From Octopus vulgaris (lineage: Eukaryota): a stretch of DNA of 64,000 nt. Under the pieces are notes generated by a model. The model did not search any database and was not told where the DNA came from. It worked only from the letters and a program-made list of their open reading frames with translations. Every line of letters starts with the position of its first letter. Position 1 is the first letter of the stretch. The DNA lies in NCBI GenBank assembly GCA_951406725.2, contig OX597840.1:2604001-2668000 (forward strand), given 5' to 3'. Made by a program: the position numbers and the translations under genes. Positions 56,118-64,000 of this stretch are shown here, in pieces.

Positions 56118-56751
56118 CAGAAGAAGAAGAAGCAGAATAGGAGGAGGAAGAGGAGGAGAAGAGGAGGAGGAAGAGGAGGAGGAGGAGGAGGAGGAGGCAG
56201 AAGAATAGGAGGAGGAAGAGAAGGAGGAGGAGGAGGGGGAAGAAGAATAGGAGGAGGAAGAGAAGGAGGAGGAGGAGGAAGCGGAAGAGAAGAAGGAGGA
56301 GGAGGAGGAAGTAGAAGAAGTGGAGGAGGAGTTGGAGGAGGAGGAGGAAGAGGAAGAGGAGGAAGAAGAAGAAGAAGAAGAGGTGGAGGAGGAGGAAGAA
56401 GAAGGAGGTGGAGGATAAGAAGGAGGAGGAGGAGGAGGAAGAAGAAGAAGAAGAAGAAGAGGTGGATGAGGAGGAGGAGGAGAGAAGAAGAAGAAGAAGA
56501 AGAAGAAGGAGGTGGAGGTGGAGGAGGAGGAGGAAGAAGAAGGAGGTGGAGGATGAGAAGGAGGAGGAGGAGGAGGAGGAGGAGGAGAAGGAGGAGGAGG
56601 AGGATGAGAAGGAGGTGGAGGTGGAGGAGGCTGTGGAGGTGGAGGTGGAGGTGGAGGTGGAGGTGGAGGTGGAGGAGGAGGTGGAGGAAGAAGGAGAAGT
56701 AGAAAAAGAAGAAGAAGCAGAGGAGGAAGAAGGAGAAGAAGAAGAAGAGGA
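56118..56751. repeat. (GGA/GAA)n purine low complexity
   Basis: Direct reading. Confidence 0.97.
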
Positions 56752-57119
56752 GTATATCTTAACTGACATTTACGCTTAGAGAAATATCACAGAGAAGAAG
56801 CGAGAATACAATGCACTATAAGTTGCCTTGTGACAATGAAATAGCCGTATCATGTCAGCTTAGAAATACTGGTTTGGGCTTTTGGCACAAGACCAGAAAA
56901 TTGCTTTCAAATCTTAGCACAACGCCAGTAATTTCGGGGCGTGAGTTAGTCGCTTACATCGACCCCTGTGCTCAACTGGTTCATATTTAATTGACCCCGA
57001 AAGAATGAAAGGCAAAATCGACCTCGGCAAATTTGAACTCAGAACTAATGCCGCTAAGCATATTGCCCTGCATGCTAAAAATTCTGCCAGTTCGCCTCCT
57101 TATATGAACTCAGAAATAT

Positions 57120-57718
57120 ATATTTCTTTATTGCCCTCAGGGGGCCAAACATAGAGAGGAGATCCAAGGACAGACAAAACGGATTAAGGGGATAAGATCG
57201 ACCACAGTGCGTAACTGGTACTTATTTAATCGACCCCGAAAGGATAAAAGGCAAAGTCGACCTCGGCGGAATTTGAACTCAGAATGTAACGGCAGACGAA
57301 ATACCTATTTCTTTATTACCCACAAACATAGAAGGGACATAGAAGGGACAAGCAAGGACATACAAAAGAATTAATTCGAGTACATCGACCCCAGTTTGTA
57401 ACTGGTACTTATTTAATCGATCCCGAACGCATTAAAGGCAAAGTCGACCCAGGTGGAATTTGAACTCAGAACGTAACGGCAAACGAAATACCTATTTCAT
57501 TATTACCCACAAGGGGCTAAACACAGAGGAGACAAACAAGGACAGACATAGGTATTAAGTCGATTACATCGACTCCAGTGCGTAACTGGTACTTAATTTA
57601 TCGACCCCGAAAGGATGAAAGGCAAAGTCGACCTCGGCGGAATTTGAACTCACAACGTAACACAGACGAAATACCGCTAAGCATTTCGCCCGGCGTGCTA
57701 ACGATTCTACCAGCTCGC
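57120..57718 (-). mobile_element. SINE family C trimer inside one TSD
   Basis: Three units; CTCAGAAATAT at 57109-57119 and 57719-57729. Confidence 0.85.
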
Positions 57719-59029
57719 CTCAGAAATATTGCGGGATACATAGCATAGTGGTTTTAGCAAGGTCTACGTTTCTCCACCAAGAAATGGAAATTTATCTCCT
57801 GAAATGTATAAAAACGAAGTCCCCGGACCCTGTATCCTTGTGGCTCTGGAAATACGATGCACTTGGAGACCTGATGCTGAGAAACTCACATCTATTAACA
57901 CTTACGTCTCCTGAGCGATGCCCATGCAGAATAGCTTCTCCTGCTCGGTCACCACCTTGATGACGGACTTCGCCGATATTCTTTGCATGTACAAATCCTC
58001 CGTTAAAATGGAATGCATTGATCCTGTGCTTATTCTTGGATTGTTACTCGACGGTCTTCCTTGATTATTTGCCAAACTATTCTAATCGGCTCCTACTTTC
58101 AGCATGTGGTTTTGCCTGCTCGAGTGAGCCTAAGTCTCCATTGAGATGCAGCCATGTTTGAAGCTGCTGTAGCACACCTTGATCTGAGTTTTGACTTTGG
58201 CATCATCGCATAGGGTCTTCTGAAACTTATGGATGGTTTGAGCTGGAATATCATAAAGCTACTGGAAGCATTAGATACAATACCACTGCTCGATGAGTTT
58301 AGGGGAGACGAAAATCCAGAGAGCATTCGCTACACGCCCGTAGACTGCGCAAAACAGCCATGAATTGACAGAGCCTACTTGCACGAAAATATTCACGCTT
58401 GCGCATAAAGGGTAGCATTACCCCCGCCCAGAGAAGTTTACCTACTCAGCATTTGTTGTACCGGGAAAAATAAAGTCAGATATTTTTCCAACGCACCTCA
58501 TATATTTATTTATATATACCTGATACAAAAGATTGGCCGCCGCTCAAAAGAATTGCTATCGCCAGGTCATTGTACCATCCTAGCATTAGATGTAACGCAC
58601 ATACAATATAAAAGTGCATTGAGCCAATAGAAACATTAGTAGGAAACGAATGACTATTGCAAACACTCATGCGTTGCAACAATAGAAAATAAAAGATTTC
58701 ATGTACATAAATATCATATACACAAATAAACATTTTGCTTACGTTACTATGTTGGCATCAGAGAGGGGGCTTTTAAACATAGCAGACAAATTCTAGATAT
58801 TGTTGGTGGTGACAATGATGAATTAGATTCATTAACATTAGAATAAAATAAAGGAGATTTATTCGCGCTGCTATTGCAAACTCACTTAGCTGCAAACTAT
58901 TTAATTCCGATATTATTTTGGCGTAGTTGTACTTTGCAAAATCCGCTCTTTCGTTGCACCGCAGAGTTAGGAACAAGAATGAGAAAAAGCCAAAAAAACA
59001 AAAACAAAATGCTCCTAACAACCAAAATC

Positions 59030-60500
<1,471 letters not shown>

Positions 60501-61831
60501 AGAAATATCTTTCTTTACCTGTTTCATTGATTGGCTGGCGTCCATGCTGGAGTCTTAAAGTCCCAGCATTAAACGCCTTAAATGGTTTTATTTGAGCAAA
60601 TCGACCCGAGTACGTATTTTAAAATTCGTTCCTCTTAATTACACTTTTGGGGCTTTTGAAGAAACCCAAATTTAAGGGGACGTAAGCAAACCAACATCGT
60701 TTATCAAGTTGCTCGGAGGATTGAAAGCCGGCAAAGAGACTCACGCTCACATATATATGTGTGTGCGCTTACACCGCACACATATACATCTTGGGCTTTT
60801 CCACAATTTTTGTGTACCCTATTTATTTACAAGCCCTTCTTTGACCCGGAACCGTAAGGGATTTCAATTGCTTTATGTGGAACTGAACCTGAATGCACGA
60901 GGTTGTGAAGTGCTCTTTCATTTTCTGTTTCGTTTATGTTTGAGCTCTATTGCTTCAGTTTTCACGCTTTACTGTCTGGATCTATTCTATTTTAGCACAT
61001 AGCTTTAGCGGTATCGATAGCCATTTGGTGTAAAGGCGCAAATGCTGGCATAAAGCAAATAGAAGAATGTCTAGTTTCTTACATTGTTGAGTGAATTTGT
61101 TAATGTTTTACAAAACGTTTGGCTTTCGGTAACAGGTTTGCTATCAAAAATTTTGATATTTACGGGAACGTAGAAAGATATTAGTTTTACATAATCTCTA
61201 CCAATATGTAAGAAGGAAGTAAAGTATGTATAAATTATGCCATAGAACGTATTCCTATGGCATAATTTATATGCCATAGGAATATGGCATATACATTTCC
61301 GCTGTCCATTTTAAGCTTGAAAACCTTGCTGCAGGTATTAAGTGTTATAAGTAAGAAAAGAATTATACGAAAAATGATATTATAAATACTTCACTATAGT
61401 AATTCAAAAGACTTTTTAATGTGCCTCCCCTCACATGAATATAACTAGGGGATATGTTTTCCAAAGTCGGTATCTAAAGTTCTTCGAAAAGGTGGGTGGG
61501 TGAGGATCAAATACATATGTTTCATTAAATTTTTCTTATAAGCGGAAGGTATCTAAAGTTGTATTCAAGAAATTATCTATACTTCAGTTTGAATAAACTG
61601 TACGACTTAAAAATGTTTTTCTAAGAATTTATATCGGTTTTTCCTTCTCTTTCTAAATCTACTCAGCTCCTCATTCTTCATGTTATACAGAGACTATACA
61701 TCCATCGTCTCTGTATAAACTTCCTGACAGAGGAAGTTTTGTTTGTGAATAAAACGGACTTTCATTAATCTTTTAATTTGATGTTTTTTCTCTTTTCTTC
61801 GTAACGTACAATATAACCGCTTCAAAATATA

Positions 61832-62065
61832 TATTTCTTTATTGCCCACAATGGGCTAAACATAGAGGAGACAAACACGGACAAACAAAGGGACCAAATT
61901 GATTACATCGACCCCAGTGCGAAACTGGTACTTTAATTATCGACCCCGAAAGGATGAAAGGTAAAGTCGACCTCGGTGGAATTTGAACTCAGAACGTAAC
62001 GACAGACGAAATACTGCTAAGCATTTCGCCTGGCGCGCTAACGTGTCTGCCAGCTCGCTGCCTTT
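61832..62065 (-). mobile_element. SINE family C full monomer
   Basis: 15-bp TSD CCGCTTCAAAATATA at 61817-61831 and 62066-62080. Confidence 0.9.
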
Positions 62066-63699
62066 CCGCTTCAAAATATAACGTGATAACAAAGTCGATA
62101 ACTAAACTACAGTTTAAACTAAATATGGTGCTTAAGTCTCCTCTAAAAATTTATATCAGTTTTTTCTCTCTCAAAATCTACGCAGTTTTTTCTCTTTCTA
62201 AATCTACGAGGGTCAAGGCTGTTATGTTATGCTGGGACTGCACATCTATCGTCTTTATATAAAGCACCCTCACAGAGTAATGTTAGTTTTACATAGAATT
62301 ACATAGAATTCCCCAAAGGAAATTTCAATATTTTCGTCAAAATCAGTATTGTCATGTAATTCCACCAAAGCATCAAACAAATAAGATTCACATATTTTTG
62401 TTCAGCCCAGGATAAGTTATCAAACGAAAAGGGGAATTTTCATTGCATGCATAAAGATCATAATTTTAGATTCATTAATTGATGCGATCTTGTTACGGAT
62501 GTATTGCAGAAATGTTTCGTTATAGATTAAATATATATAATCTCAAATCGCCCGGAATTTAAATGCTGTTTGTAATATATTTCACTAAACCATTTTATTA
62601 CAGACGTACAGTTATCTGATAGTGTAAAGGAAATTGCATATTTTGTTCTCTGAATGTAAACCTAGGATACCTTTACTAATTCTAAATAACTTGGCTTTGG
62701 AAGGAATGTTTAAAATCAATTTACGTTTGTACAGAAATTTGTCTTGTGGACATGTAATATAACATACGATGTTCGTGATGCTATATACATATAATTTAAG
62801 TGAACTTACATATTTTGTTCTCTGTGTGTTAACCTAGGATGTGTTTAATAAATGTACATCTGTCGGTTTTGGTTGGATTGATTAAGCTAAATTTAACGTC
62901 ATACAGAAATTGATTTTGTGATCATTCAATGTAATGTATGGTGCACGTAGTTCTATACACATCTGTGCAGGGAAGTGGCTATATATACGCATAAATAAAT
63001 GTATATGAATTTATACAGATATTAATACGTATAAACAGAGACGTATACACACATACACTTCACACACGCATATGTGCCTCTGTGTGTTTTTGTGTGTGTG
63101 TATCTGTAGATGTCTCTGTTTGTGTCTGTGTATATCTGTGTGTGCAGATGAGATTACTTGTAAGCAAAAGAAGAAGTTCATCTAATATTTGATCTATTTA
63201 ATTACATTAAAAATAGTTTGAAAATATAGGTGAAGAGCTAGTGATAAACGGAGTGCAGTTAGATTTATAAATTGATAAGATATTCTCAGTCAGGAGGTAA
63301 GTTGTATCTATAGAGATAAGTAACAATGTAAAAACAAGCTATATAAAGAAAGAAATATATACATAAGTTAATAATTTCTTAAATTCTTAATTGGAAGTTT
63401 GCGCATCAGTATACTGCAGTTGAGGTCAATAATACTTTTAGAGTCATTTTGAAAAAAAATTTGATGAGACAAATTCATTCTTTCGATTCCAAATATATGC
63501 TTGGTATGAGTTTCGGCTGACCAGAAGCTACATTTCTATATACCATATGATAAGGAGCTTGCCTCTCAAGCAGATAATTCCGAGTTCAGACCTGTTTTGT
63601 GATACCTGGAACAAATATTTTCTATTATAACCAAGATACGGCCAAATCCATGTCGTGGATTTGGTAGACAGAAACTGAAAGAAGTATAGACAGACATAC

Positions 63700-63892
<193 letters not shown>

Positions 63893-64000
63893 CATGCGTT
63901 CATACACACTTATACATACATAAACACATACACGCACACACATATATACCTATATGTGCGTGTGTGACTATTGCAAACACTTATGCGTTGCAACAATAGA

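Overview
Eukaryotic, AT-rich, repeat-saturated DNA. The SINE families and the extreme (TA)n/(TCTA)n/(GAT)n/(GAA)n microsatellite load suggest a cephalopod (octopus-like) genome; this is inference. No intact host gene was recognised, and nearly all ORFs in the track are microsatellite artefacts. The main coding feature is a decayed Penelope-like retroelement (PLE; RT plus C-terminal GIY-YIG, 38289-40970) bracketed by a ~1.36 kb inverted duplication of its own 3' end. The most striking hidden signal is about 17 minimal type I hammerhead ribozyme (HHR) motifs between 15.5 and 41.8 kb, in PLE terminal repeats (pLTRs) and short remnants lying in (TA)n tracts. They have canonical cores (CUGANGA), compensated variant cores (U3:A8 UUGANAA; G3:C8 GUGAACA) and a multicopy A6U core (CUGUNGA), and nearly all have a palindromic helix III that implies dimer cleavage. 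Also present are several tRNA-derived SINE families (some multimeric within one TSD), R4/Dong-like endonuclease remnants at (TAA)n, two non-autonomous Helitrons, a mariner relic and a TIR element with an 8-bp TSD that carries telomere-like repeats. All alignments and folds were done by eye; repeat boundaries are approximate unless a TSD is quoted.
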